Of a stretch of 64,000 bases of DNA, positions 10,071 to 18,854 are shown in pieces; the first letter of the stretch is position 1; each line of letters begins with the position of its first letter. The stretch is from NCBI GenBank assembly GCA_003056165.1, contig LSNR01000002.1, positions 2,726-66,725 on the forward strand, in the 5' to 3' direction. Under the pieces are notes generated by a model, which was not told where the DNA came from, made no database searches, and saw only the letters and a list, made by a program, of their open reading frames with translations. The stretch comes from Parcubacteria group bacterium M6-OD1-3. GTDB lineage: Bacteria; Patescibacteriota; Minisyncoccia; Moranbacterales; UBA9337. A program made the translations under genes and the position numbers.

Positions 10071-11522
10071 CTATTTCCCTAAATCTAATTCCTCATTAAT
10101 ACCTATCTGGTCAAGAAATGATTGAACATGACTAACGACAATCATTGCTCCCTCGTACGTCTTTAACGCTTCAGCAATTACCGGAATATGTCGAAAATTA
10201 ATATGATTTGTTGGCTCATCTAAAATCAAAAGTCCGGGTTGCAACAATACTAATTGAGCAAAAGCCACTAGTCCCTTCTGCCCCTCAGATAAATCACCAA
10301 TTTTAGCGTCCATAACATCACTACTTAATAAAAAACTGCTTGCCACTGAACGCATTTTTTCTTCCTCTTGTATTTTCATAACATTTAACAAAGCGTCAAA
10401 AACCGTATCATCAAAATTAAGAGTTGAAAAATCTTGTCGATAATAGCCTACTTGCACATCATCCAGAATTTTTGCACCAGCAGTGTTGCTTTTTGCTAAT
10501 TGTTCTAATAATGTTGTCTTACCAATTCCATTTGGTCCCTTTAATAACAAGTGTTCTTTTTTCTTTAATACAACATTGACTGCTCTCTTTGTCGGCTCGT
10601 TATTTTTCATTACAGTCACGGAAGTAATTGTAATTATATCGCCCACAAGATTTTCTTGAACAGGAATTGTGAAATCGCGAATTGTTTTATCTTCTTGACG
10701 CACATTTACTTTATCAGTTTCCATCTGTGTAATTTCATCACGCATTTTTTTAGCTACTAATCTCATCTTGCCACCCTTGTTTGCAAAATAATTCATCTTT
10801 TCCTTATTGTCGCGAATTTTCTTTTCAAACTGAGCGTTTTTCATATTCTCTTTTTCGATTTGTGCTTTGATATTCTCCACCACAACATAATAATCGCCGA
10901 CATACTGATTGATTTGATGGGTAAATATATCAAGATATAAAACACCATCAGTAAACATATTTAAAAAATCTGCATCATGAGAAATTATAACGCAAGTTTT
11001 TTCATACATCATCAAAAAAGTAAGCAAATGCCCTACTCCCTCATCATCAAGATTATTTGTTGGCTCATCTAAAAGTAAAATATCGGCATCTTGAATAAGA
11101 GCAGATGCTAACAATAATCTTGCTTGTTGTCCACCAGAAAAAGCTGAAATTGGCTTGTCCATTGGCAATGTTATATTCACCGCTGTCATCACTTCCTTGA
11201 TTTGCTTATCTAATTCGTAATCTTCGCCTTTAAAATATTTAGCAAGAAAATCTCGAATATTTAAAGTCAATTGTTCACGAGGAATTACTTGTTGCGCGCA
11301 AGCGACAGTTTGCCCATCAGCAATAAAAATATTACCAGCATCAGGATTAGTTACCCCCATAATCATATTAAAAAGCGAAGTTTTGCCAGCTCCATTTTGT
11401 CCCATTAAAGCAACCTTCATTCCACTACGCAAAGAAAAAGATGCTTCATCAAGAATCACCCTGCCATTTTCATATTTAAAATCTACATCGCTAAAGCGAA
11501 TTGCTATATCATTTTTTGCCAT
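10071..11522 (-). CDS. ABC-F family ATPase (ribosome-associated)
   Basis: Two ABC domains (GQNGAGKT, GPNGIGKT; LDEPTN twice), no TM segments, coiled linker. Confidence 0.9.
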   Translation of the reverse strand: MAKNDIAIRFSDVDFKYENGRVILDEASFSLRSGMKVALMGQNGAGKTSLFNMIMGVTNPDAGNIFIADGQTVACAQQVIPREQLTLNIRDFLAKYFKGEDYELDKQIKEVMTAVNITLPMDKPISAFSGGQQARLLLASALIQDADILLLDEPTNNLDDEGVGHLLTFLMMYEKTCVIISHDADFLNMFTDGVLYLDIFTHQINQYVGDYYVVVENIKAQIEKENMKNAQFEKKIRDNKEKMNYFANKGGKMRLVAKKMRDEITQMETDKVNVRQEDKTIRDFTIPVQENLVGDIITITSVTVMKNNEPTKRAVNVVLKKKEHLLLKGPNGIGKTTLLEQLAKSNTAGAKILDDVQVGYYRQDFSTLNFDDTVFDALLNVMKIQEEEKMRSVASSFLLSSDVMDAKIGDLSEGQKGLVAFAQLVLLQPGLLILDEPTNHINFRHIPVIAEALKTYEGAMIVVSHVQSFLDQIGINEELDLGK

Positions 11523-11542
11523 ATTATTATCGAAAAATCTAT

Positions 11543-11713
11543 TAGACCTTTTGCAAAACTTCTTCGTTGCGAAATTTTTTAACTCTTAACGAAACGAGTA
11601 TACTAAGTAAATTATAATGTACTTAATGTACATTAAAAGATAATTTACGAAATTAGACGAAGTTGTAGTAAGAGTTAGGAAATTACAGTAGAAGAGGTTG
11701 TGTGAGAGGTCTA
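11543..11713. repeat. 171-bp long imperfect hairpin / MITE-like element
   Basis: Ends tagaccttttgcaaaacttcttc ... gaagaggttgtgtgagaggtcta; nested arms aactctta/taagagtt, gtaaattat/ataatttac, aatgtac/gtacatt. Confidence 0.65.
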
Positions 11714-11827
11714 TTACCTTATTACAAGTTTTAAGTATACGCCAAAAATAGTATTTATGCAATAAACATTTATTCTTCGAATTCAAACCTTCTTGAAGTT
11801 AATTTTTCTCTTTTTTTTAAAATTTAT

Positions 11828-11860
11828 AAAAGGCTGTGGTAATTTTTACCAAAGCCTTTT
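11828..11860 (-). terminator. Terminator-like hairpin after the MFS gene
   Basis: aaaaggctgtggtaa / ttaccaaagcctttt. Confidence 0.55.
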
Positions 11861-11865
11861 CGCTT

Positions 11866-13047
11866 CTATACGGCTTTTTTCTTATAAACCATAAACAAAG
11901 TACTGCATCCCAAAAAAAGAAATATAATCCCTGAATAGAATATAGCTTCTTTAAGTGAAAAAACATCGCTTATCCACCCTACTATCGGACCAACTATTGA
12001 AAATAGAATTCTCGAAAATAGGTTTTTTATAGATAATATTGTAGCTCTTCTATTTGAAGATATCTGCCTATTGATATATGCTGAAACTATAGGATCATGA
12101 ATACCTCTTACCAAATAAAATAATCCCATAAAAATAATTGACCAGCTTGACCAAAAATACATTAAAGAAAAATAGCCTACACTAACCATAACCACCAAAG
12201 AAGTCAGTATTTTCTTTTCTCCAAAAAAATTTTTTATTTTTTCAGTATTCCAAGAAATAAAAGCAGATAGTAACATTAATCCAGCCCAGATTATTCCAAA
12301 AGCTCCTATAGATATACCAACTTCCTTAAGATAAGGTTGAATCATCCAAACCATAGTCAGCGTAGAAGCACTTATCACAGATGAATACAAAATTACCCAT
12401 TTAAGTCCATTGCCTTTGCGCAATAAATCCTTTATGATATCGAGAATTCCCTCCATTGCGTTTTTTTTATTTTCAACCGAACAAACAGCTGGCTCAACGA
12501 TTGAAAGCACTACCGGAAAAGAAGCTATTATCACAGTCGTTTCTAAATAAAGTGGCAACCTCAAACTAACAAGTGCAATAACTCCACCTAAAACGCTAGC
12601 TATAGCTTCTGACACTAACCCCGCAGAAAATCTCCTTCCTTCTAGTCTAGAATAATATTCTTCACCTCCTCCCTCTAATAAAGTATCATACAATAACGCT
12701 GTATCGGTTCCTGAAGAGAAACTAATACCAAAGCCCAAAAGAACTTCAGCTATTACAAATTGCCAAAATCCACTAGCTAAAGAATAACAGAAATATCCTC
12801 CGATAATAAACAAGTGTCCTGCAATTAAAGTTTTTCTTCGCCCTATCCTATCAGAAAAATATCCAGAAGGAATTTCCAAAAAAATAACAGCTACAGAAAA
12901 CAATGACTGCAAGACAAATATGTCATGCATAGAAAGTCCATTTTCCTTAAAAAATAGCGTAATTACCGGCATTATAAGCATAAAATTTCCCGCTATCTTA
13001 ACCACATAAAGCTTCCACACATTCGATGCTACATTTCTTTTTTTCAA
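11866..13047 (-). CDS. MFS transporter
   Basis: Motif A GYFSDRIGRRK, about 12 TMs; TTG start with SD GGGAGG. Confidence 0.9.
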   Translation of the reverse strand: MKKRNVASNVWKLYVVKIAGNFMLIMPVITLFFKENGLSMHDIFVLQSLFSVAVIFLEIPSGYFSDRIGRRKTLIAGHLFIIGGYFCYSLASGFWQFVIAEVLLGFGISFSSGTDTALLYDTLLEGGGEEYYSRLEGRRFSAGLVSEAIASVLGGVIALVSLRLPLYLETTVIIASFPVVLSIVEPAVCSVENKKNAMEGILDIIKDLLRKGNGLKWVILYSSVISASTLTMVWMIQPYLKEVGISIGAFGIIWAGLMLLSAFISWNTEKIKNFFGEKKILTSLVVMVSVGYFSLMYFWSSWSIIFMGLFYLVRGIHDPIVSAYINRQISSNRRATILSIKNLFSRILFSIVGPIVGWISDVFSLKEAIFYSGIIFLFLGCSTLFMVYKKKAV

Positions 13048-13090
13048 AATCTCCTCCCTATTATTAAGTTTTCAAAAAACTATACTAAAC

Positions 13091-13284
13091 AAAAAACTCG
13101 ACTTTTGTTCAGCCGAGTTACCTAAAGTATAGTTTTTAGACTATTTTCATTGCCTATTTAAACTTAAATATTTTTTTAGATAATTACGGCTGAACAAAAT
13201 ATTCCGAAATGGAATAACAGAAAACGCACCACTCATAAGAGTGTTTGCTTTTTGTTTATTCAACTGATAATATCTATTATTCAT
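13091..13284 (-). promoter_or_regulatory. Putative leader-peptide transcription attenuator (45-aa uORF 13147-13284, terminator 13091-13119, antiterminator arm 13187-13199)
   Basis: Minus-strand terminator aactcggct-gaacaaa-agtcgagtttttt; a 13-nt perfect complement of its 5' arm and loop lies inside the uORF. Confidence 0.65.
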
Positions 13285-13510
13285 AAATATTTAATAAATT
13301 ATTTTATACCTAATTTTTACCATTATTTACTAACTTTGTCAAATTTTATATTTTTACCTATTATTTTTTAACACAAAAAAACAGAGCTAACTCCGTGTTT
13401 TTAATTATTGAGAAAAATAATTTTGAAATATCATTTCGTTGTTAGCCAAGGCGACACCGTTTTTTTCAACCCCCAGTCAATTCCCGAATAACTTTTCAAT
13501 TATTATTTAG

Positions 13511-13548
13511 AAAACGAAGAGACCCTAAATGCTGGTCTCTTCGTTTTT
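13511..13548. terminator. Bidirectional terminator-like hairpin
   Basis: aaaacgaagagacc ... ggtctcttcgtttt perfect 14-bp stem. Confidence 0.6.
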
Positions 13549-13639
13549 AAAAGCTATAACAGCTCAAGTTCAGCGAGAAGCATATTTCTGAGATGTACTA
13601 ATTTATCTTTTGCTCTCCTTAATGAAGATTTCTTCGTTG

Positions 13640-13792
13640 CTAACAATTTTTTTTATGTTGTTGAGGAATTTCAAACCTATCCATATCCTCATCAACAACT
13701 TCTTCCACAACCTTAAACTTAGCATCGATATCTTCAATAGCAACCTCGACACATTTTACCAGCCCAGCAACACCTCTCTTCCATTCTTTCAT
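13640..13792 (-). CDS. Small hypothetical protein (50 aa, MKEWKRGVAGLVKCVEV...)
   Basis: Manual translation; strong SD AAGGAGG; flanked by related hairpins at ~13377-13402 and 13921-13950. Confidence 0.45.
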   Translation of the reverse strand: MKEWKRGVAGLVKCVEVAIEDIDAKFKVVEEVVDEDMDRFEIPQQHKKNC

Positions 13793-13993
13793 TACTCTTC
13801 CTCCTTTTTATTTACGTTAACTCCCTTTCCGTCAGACTATCAACATTAATTATATGTGTCAAGTTGAATAAAAAATTTTATCTACATATATCTTACCACT
13901 TTTTTAAAACAAAAAAAACAAAAAAAATACGGAGTTAGCTCCGTATTTTTAATTCAAAACTTATATTTTACTGTTAGTAATCTACTTCTTTTT

Positions 13994-14143
13994 TTATTTT
14001 TTCCAATCTTCGATGATAATTTTGTTGCCACTTTTATGCACAGTTAATTTTTGTTTACCTCTCCATTTTAAATCTCGTACAATTTCAATGACATTTTTTA
14101 ATCTCAAATCTGTACAATCTCTTTTTGCTTGTTCTTCATTCAT
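13994..14143 (-). CDS. Chimeric 49-aa ORF containing a duplicated 3' half of an AbrB/MazE-like gene
   Basis: ...IEIVRDLKWRGKQKLTVHKSGNKIIIEDWKK; DNA nearly identical to 15328-15422. Confidence 0.5.
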   Translation of the reverse strand: MNEEQAKRDCTDLRLKNVIEIVRDLKWRGKQKLTVHKSGNKIIIEDWKK

Positions 14144-14150
14144 ATTTACT

Positions 14151-15200
14151 TTAATTAAAATAATTTTTCACTGCATCTTCAAATTGTTCAATAAAAATTT
14201 GTTTAAAATACGAAATATTATTTATTTCATAAAAAAGCAAAGATGCTTTTTTATATTCTTCAACTTCCACAATCCTATAAGAAAGCGGCACAGAATTATG
14301 AGCCAGCAATATCGCATTTGAAAAGGTTCTCGCAGTCCTCTTATTTCCATCCTCAAAAGCTTGAATATAAGAAATCAAAATCAATCCCAAGAAAGCTTTC
14401 TCAAAAAATAATGCTTTTTTATTTATTAGCACAATCATTTTCTCCAAAGCTTCTTTAATCTGAAATGAATTATCTAGAGGTTTGTATTTCGTACCAGTAA
14501 TACCCACTCCACCATTTCTAATATTTTTTGTAATATCTAGTTTTTTAGTTAAAACAAAATGAAAATACTCTATATCAGAATAATTCAATTTTTTAAACTT
14601 CTCTTTATTTTGAATCGCCTCATTGAAAGCATCTTTATGATTCAAAATCATTTGAGTTTCTTTTTGAGTTTTTCCTTTTCCTGCGACATTTTCTTTGAGC
14701 AATGCCTCAGTGCCTAAAAGTGAATAAGTATTACCCTCAATAGCTGAGGACTTCCACGAAAACTCAATCATTATTCTTTCAAGTTCTTTATTAATTAAAG
14801 TTTGACTGTCATACTTTGAAAAATTTTTTATAAATTCAGTTTGTAATTTTTTAATCCTTTCTTGCTCCTCTGTTGTGAAAATATCATTTTCCAGAATTTC
14901 AAAAATTTCAAAATTAAAATTTTCTTTTATATCCCTTCTCATGTATGGTGTTTTGAAATATTCTTCAGCATCAATTGGTAAAAATATTTTATTTGCATCT
15001 GTAATACTATATTTTACTCCTCTTCCTGATCCAGTCTTTGAAATAAATCCTTGTTCTTGTAAATAATTTAAATCTCTTTGTAATGTTTTTCTTTCTATTT
15101 TAGCACCCAAAAAAGACAGTATATCTGACACTGCTACTTGTGTATCTCTATTTTCCAAAAAAGAAATAATCTTCTTTTGTCGTTCTTGTCTTTTATTCAT
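14151..15200 (-). CDS. Fic family protein with N-terminal winged HTH
   Basis: SSAIEGN inhibitory-type motif, Fic-like motif YIQAFEDGNKRTAR, N-terminal RKTLQRDL HTH. Confidence 0.88.
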   Translation of the reverse strand: MNKRQERQKKIISFLENRDTQVAVSDILSFLGAKIERKTLQRDLNYLQEQGFISKTGSGRGVKYSITDANKIFLPIDAEEYFKTPYMRRDIKENFNFEIFEILENDIFTTEEQERIKKLQTEFIKNFSKYDSQTLINKELERIMIEFSWKSSAIEGNTYSLLGTEALLKENVAGKGKTQKETQMILNHKDAFNEAIQNKEKFKKLNYSDIEYFHFVLTKKLDITKNIRNGGVGITGTKYKPLDNSFQIKEALEKMIVLINKKALFFEKAFLGLILISYIQAFEDGNKRTARTFSNAILLAHNSVPLSYRIVEVEEYKKASLLFYEINNISYFKQIFIEQFEDAVKNYFN

Positions 15201-15215
15201 ATATACATTATATCA

Positions 15216-15307
15216 CTAATTGCGACATTTTTCAATACTAATTGCGACATTTTTTAAAGAATTTTCTTAAAAAGCCTTATTTTATAACAAATTAATTGCG
15301 ACATTTT
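15216..15307. promoter_or_regulatory. Three direct repeats TAATTGCGACATTTT upstream of the Fic gene (putative operator)
   Basis: Copies at 15217, 15239 and 15293; the first two are 22 bp apart. Confidence 0.55.
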
Positions 15308-15478
15308 CAACTGCTAATCACAACATTTTATTTTTCCTAATCTTCGATGATAATTTTGTTGTTGCTTTTATGCACAGTTAATTTTTGTTTACCTCTCCAT
15401 TTTAAATCTCGTACAATTTCAACTGGCAAAGTGATGGCATAACTGCCATTACTTCGTTTTGATAACTTGCGGATGTTT

Positions 15479-15733
15479 TTACCCTGTTAAATAAGATTTG
15501 AGTCTCTTTTTTAGAAACATCTTTCCGTGATAAGTTTTTAGATATTTTTCTCTATGTGTAGCATCCTGTTGATTTAGACATGCTTCATAATAAATTAATT
15601 TTAAAGGTCTTCTGTTTTTAGTAGATTTAACTTACCCTTTATTGTGTTTCTCAAATCTTAATTTCAAATTTGCAGTATATCCTGTATAAAAATTGTTGTC
15701 CTTTAGTGAATATAAAACGTAAGTATAAAACAT
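15479..15733 (-). pseudogene. GIY-YIG nuclease with one in-frame TAA
   Basis: MFYTYVLYSLKDNNFYTGYTANLKLRFEKHNKG*VKSTKNRRPLKLIYYEACLNQQDATHREKYLKTYHGKMFLKKRLKSYLTG; stop at 15632-15634. Confidence 0.85.
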
Positions 15734-15764
15734 TATTTTTTTGATTTGAAATTATTTAACAGGG
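15482..15764. mobile_element. 283-bp element with 13-bp terminal inverted repeats carrying a GIY-YIG nuclease gene
   Basis: ccctgttaaataa (15482-15494) and ttatttaacaggg (15752-15764); interrupts a recognisable host gene. Confidence 0.75.
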
Positions 15765-16125
15765 CGAGCCCTTCCAATTTTCTTCTTGCCATATTTTTAT
15801 TTTTTATTATTTTATTAATTAATTTTTCACCCACCCTTAATTAAAATTAATGACCACATTAATGACCACATTAATGTGGTCGGTAAATATTTATTTTATT
15901 TTATATTTTTTGAATTTGCAACTATCATTTCATAACCTATCATTTATAATTTACCATTTTCCACCAATTCCTTCAACACCCAAAACACCCGCCCGCCCTC
16001 TGCTACTTACTCGCTCAAATCCCAATCCTATCTAACTGCTTCAATAAAATATTTTTCAATTGTTGCACTGTTTATATTGTCATATTATTTTTTTAAATTT
16101 TGAATTTTTTTCATTTTTACTTCTA

Positions 16126-16839
16126 TTATTTCTTTACAATTTTTAGTCCATCTCGTGTTAAAATTTCATATCTATCTGGTAAATTTACAAAATCTTCTCT
16201 ATGTTGTTTTTTGACTTTAAATGATAAACCTATAAGTTCATTATGCACCTCTGTCATGAAATCATCAAAAAAAGATGTCTCTCTGCCAAATATTTCATTC
16301 ATTTTTTTAGTTTCTTTTTCAATTTCTACAATATCCCATTTACTCCACTCATGTTGTTTAAATGATAAGTTTTGTATATATGCACTATATTCATTCAATT
16401 CCATGGTCAAAATTTTCATTCTATCAATAAATAATATTTCCTTCATTTCTTTTAATTTTGGCATAATACAGATCCACATATCAAAATAGTTCCATAACCG
16501 CAAATATGCTTTAATGAATCTTGACTTACTTTCATTGACCTTCATTACATAATCACTCCATATTTTCAATGCTTCAAAATTTTGTTGAATTGGATCATTT
16601 TTTAAAAGTGGCAATCTCATTTGTATAAATGGCAAATTATATTCACTGACTAAGACAGAGAATTCGATTGCGCATTCATCCATACTTCTTTTTAATTCAT
16701 AAATATTCTTATAAACTTCTAATTTCAATTTTTCTTTCATTATTTTTCTTTGTTGCCATATACCAAAGAAAAAGGCAGCACCCCAGCCAATTACAGTAAC
16801 TACAATAAATACAACTTGGATCCATTCTGTTTTATTCAT
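16126..16839 (-). CDS. Hypothetical protein with N-terminal TM helix
   Basis: 237-aa ORF, one TM followed by a helical domain; no family recognised. Confidence 0.7.
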   Translation of the reverse strand: MNKTEWIQVVFIVVTVIGWGAAFFFGIWQQRKIMKEKLKLEVYKNIYELKRSMDECAIEFSVLVSEYNLPFIQMRLPLLKNDPIQQNFEALKIWSDYVMKVNESKSRFIKAYLRLWNYFDMWICIMPKLKEMKEILFIDRMKILTMELNEYSAYIQNLSFKQHEWSKWDIVEIEKETKKMNEIFGRETSFFDDFMTEVHNELIGLSFKVKKQHREDFVNLPDRYEILTRDGLKIVKK

Positions 16840-16866
16840 ATTATTTTATTTAAAAAATATAATATA

Positions 16867-17754
16867 TTAATTATCTTTTTTATTATACTTCACTGCAACA
16901 AAACGTAAAAACGCTGCTGACATGCCTACTATCATCTCAACTTCATCACGATCAATTTGTCCTCCATTTCCATGCTTAATATCGTCCATTCTACTTTTAA
17001 TCTGTTTAAATATTTCTTTCTGCTTACCGTTTAAGCCAAGTTTTTTATGATCAACTTTGTCTGTTATGCTCTTAAAACTTTTGCATTTATTGTTTAATAC
17101 TACTTTTACAACTTCGTCACAAGATGCATGTAAATTGGCTATAACATTTTTCAAATCAGAATCATTTCTAGCCTTAGCAAAAAGCTTAACTGCTAACTCA
17201 AAATCATTTAATACGTTATGAAATTTTTCGACATCTAAAACGCCCAACGTATCCAAAATCTCTTGATTTAAATACTTTGCACTTAATGGTAATATTTGTG
17301 GTGCTTTTGTTTTATATTTTTTTATAATTATTCCAAGGATTGGAAAATCTTCTGCATATTTTTGCAATTCTTCAGATAAGTCTTCTAATTCATCAGAAAC
17401 AATTTTATATTTGTAGAATGAATTAAGTAAAATCTGCATATTAATTAAAATTTGTTCAAAAGCTCCATCTAAAATATCGTCTATAAATTCCGCTATCTCT
17501 TTATAATCCCACAAACTATCATACTTATATTCACTTCTATCTAAAAATATCTCTCTGCAACAATCATCCAAAATTCCTTCCCTAGCTTCATATAGTTGAT
17601 TTTGAATTTCCTCATGGCTATTCATTCTTCTAAATAGATATGTTGCCTCCCATATCTCATTTGCAACATACTTACGAAATCCATTTTCAACTTTTTTTCT
17701 ATCAATATCTAAGCCAAATCTTCTATATAAATTTTCATTTAAATTTTTGTTCAT
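16867..17754 (-). CDS. Hypothetical protein (possible Abi-C/HEPN-like helical C-terminus)
   Basis: 295-aa ORF; C-terminal R-x(4)-K-H-G (RMDDIKHG) resembles HEPN RxxxxH only loosely. Confidence 0.6.
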   Translation of the reverse strand: MNKNLNENLYRRFGLDIDRKKVENGFRKYVANEIWEATYLFRRMNSHEEIQNQLYEAREGILDDCCREIFLDRSEYKYDSLWDYKEIAEFIDDILDGAFEQILINMQILLNSFYKYKIVSDELEDLSEELQKYAEDFPILGIIIKKYKTKAPQILPLSAKYLNQEILDTLGVLDVEKFHNVLNDFELAVKLFAKARNDSDLKNVIANLHASCDEVVKVVLNNKCKSFKSITDKVDHKKLGLNGKQKEIFKQIKSRMDDIKHGNGGQIDRDEVEMIVGMSAAFLRFVAVKYNKKDN

Positions 17755-18154
17755 AAATTTATATATTAATATCTACACAAGTAACCCCTATATCAAACCT
17801 TTTCCATTTTTGTGCCTTGACTACTTGTGATTGTTTTAATTTTAATTATTATTTTAAACAAAATAAAAAAATGGAAAGTAAAATGGCGATATATTTTCAC
17901 CAGATAACTTTCCATCTTTTTAGAATTCTAAATTTTTTTAAATTTGTATTTTTTTATTTTTAAAATTTATCTTTTCCGAAAGTCAGATAAGCCGTCTGGC
18001 CATCATATTTTTCATTTCTTTTTATTTTTGAAGTCGTTTTTACTATCAACTTGCGTTAAGTATAACATATTTCAGCATAAAAGTCAAATTAGAAATCACA
18101 CGTTTAAATCATACAACTCATAAACCAACTTATCAATTTGTTTTTCTGATTATA

Positions 18155-18850
18155 TTATACAAAAATATTCCTCTCTTTAGCTCGCAAACTTGTATACCCA
18201 TTTTTTGATATAATAATATGATCAACTAAAGTGATACCGATTATTTTTCCCGCCTCTACAAGACGCTTAGTTATTATGATATCTTCTTCTGATGGACTGT
18301 GCTCACCCGACGGATGATTGTGTGCCACTACAACATGTGAGGCATTGCAACTAATGGCTTTATTAAAAACTTCTCGTGGATGCACTAAACTTGCATTTAA
18401 GATACCGACAGATACTCTATTAACAATTAATTTATTTTGCGTATCAAAAAATAAAATTATAAAATGCTCTTTTTCTTCTCTGCCAATCTTTTCCTTAAGA
18501 TAATTATAAATACTTTCTGAAGAATCTAATTTAAATGAGTTTTCCAATTTTCTTTCTTGATATATTTCTGATACTGCCTGTGATAATTTTAAACCAAATA
18601 CATTTGAAGGTCCGACTCCTTTAATTTGCATTAACTTTTCAATCGGAGCATCAAGCACAGCATCTATAGAATAAAAAGTTTTTAAAAGTTCTTTGGCAAT
18701 TTGCTTGCAATCCTTGCGAGGTGTACCAAGCGTTAAAAGTAATTCAATAATTTCATAGTCATGAAAACCACTCAATCCAGAATTAAGAAATTTTTCTCTC
18801 AATCTCTTGCGATGACCGTGTGATGAATTATTTGTAAATTTGTCATTCAT
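18155..18850 (-). CDS. radC: RadC family JAB-domain protein
   Basis: GHRKRLREKF N-terminus, HhH IKGVG, VHPREVF, HNHPSG...S..D, DHIII. Confidence 0.92.
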   Translation of the reverse strand: MNDKFTNNSSHGHRKRLREKFLNSGLSGFHDYEIIELLLTLGTPRKDCKQIAKELLKTFYSIDAVLDAPIEKLMQIKGVGPSNVFGLKLSQAVSEIYQERKLENSFKLDSSESIYNYLKEKIGREEKEHFIILFFDTQNKLIVNRVSVGILNASLVHPREVFNKAISCNASHVVVAHNHPSGEHSPSEEDIIITKRLVEAGKIIGITLVDHIIISKNGYTSLRAKERNIFV

Positions 18851-18854
18851 AATT

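Larger units (their letters stand above)
15328..15792 (-). pseudogene. AbrB/MazE-like DNA-binding gene interrupted by an inserted element
   Basis: MARRKLEG...[insert]...KNIRKLSKRSNGSYAITLPVEIVRDLKWRGKQKL; homologous to the intact gene at 61211-61387; also TAG replacing the terminal Trp codon. Confidence 0.75.

Noticed and set aside
15216-15307. CRISPR array
   Set aside because: Only three 15-17-bp repeats with irregular short spacers, and no cas genes in the window.
15632-15634. Stop-codon reassignment explaining the in-frame stop
   Set aside because: The stop is TAA, which terminates most genes here; RF2 is present and Gly/Trp use standard codons.
17760-18150. Possible decayed coding fragments between radC and the 16867 gene
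   Set aside because: Short broken frames with no recognisable motif; no call can be supported.
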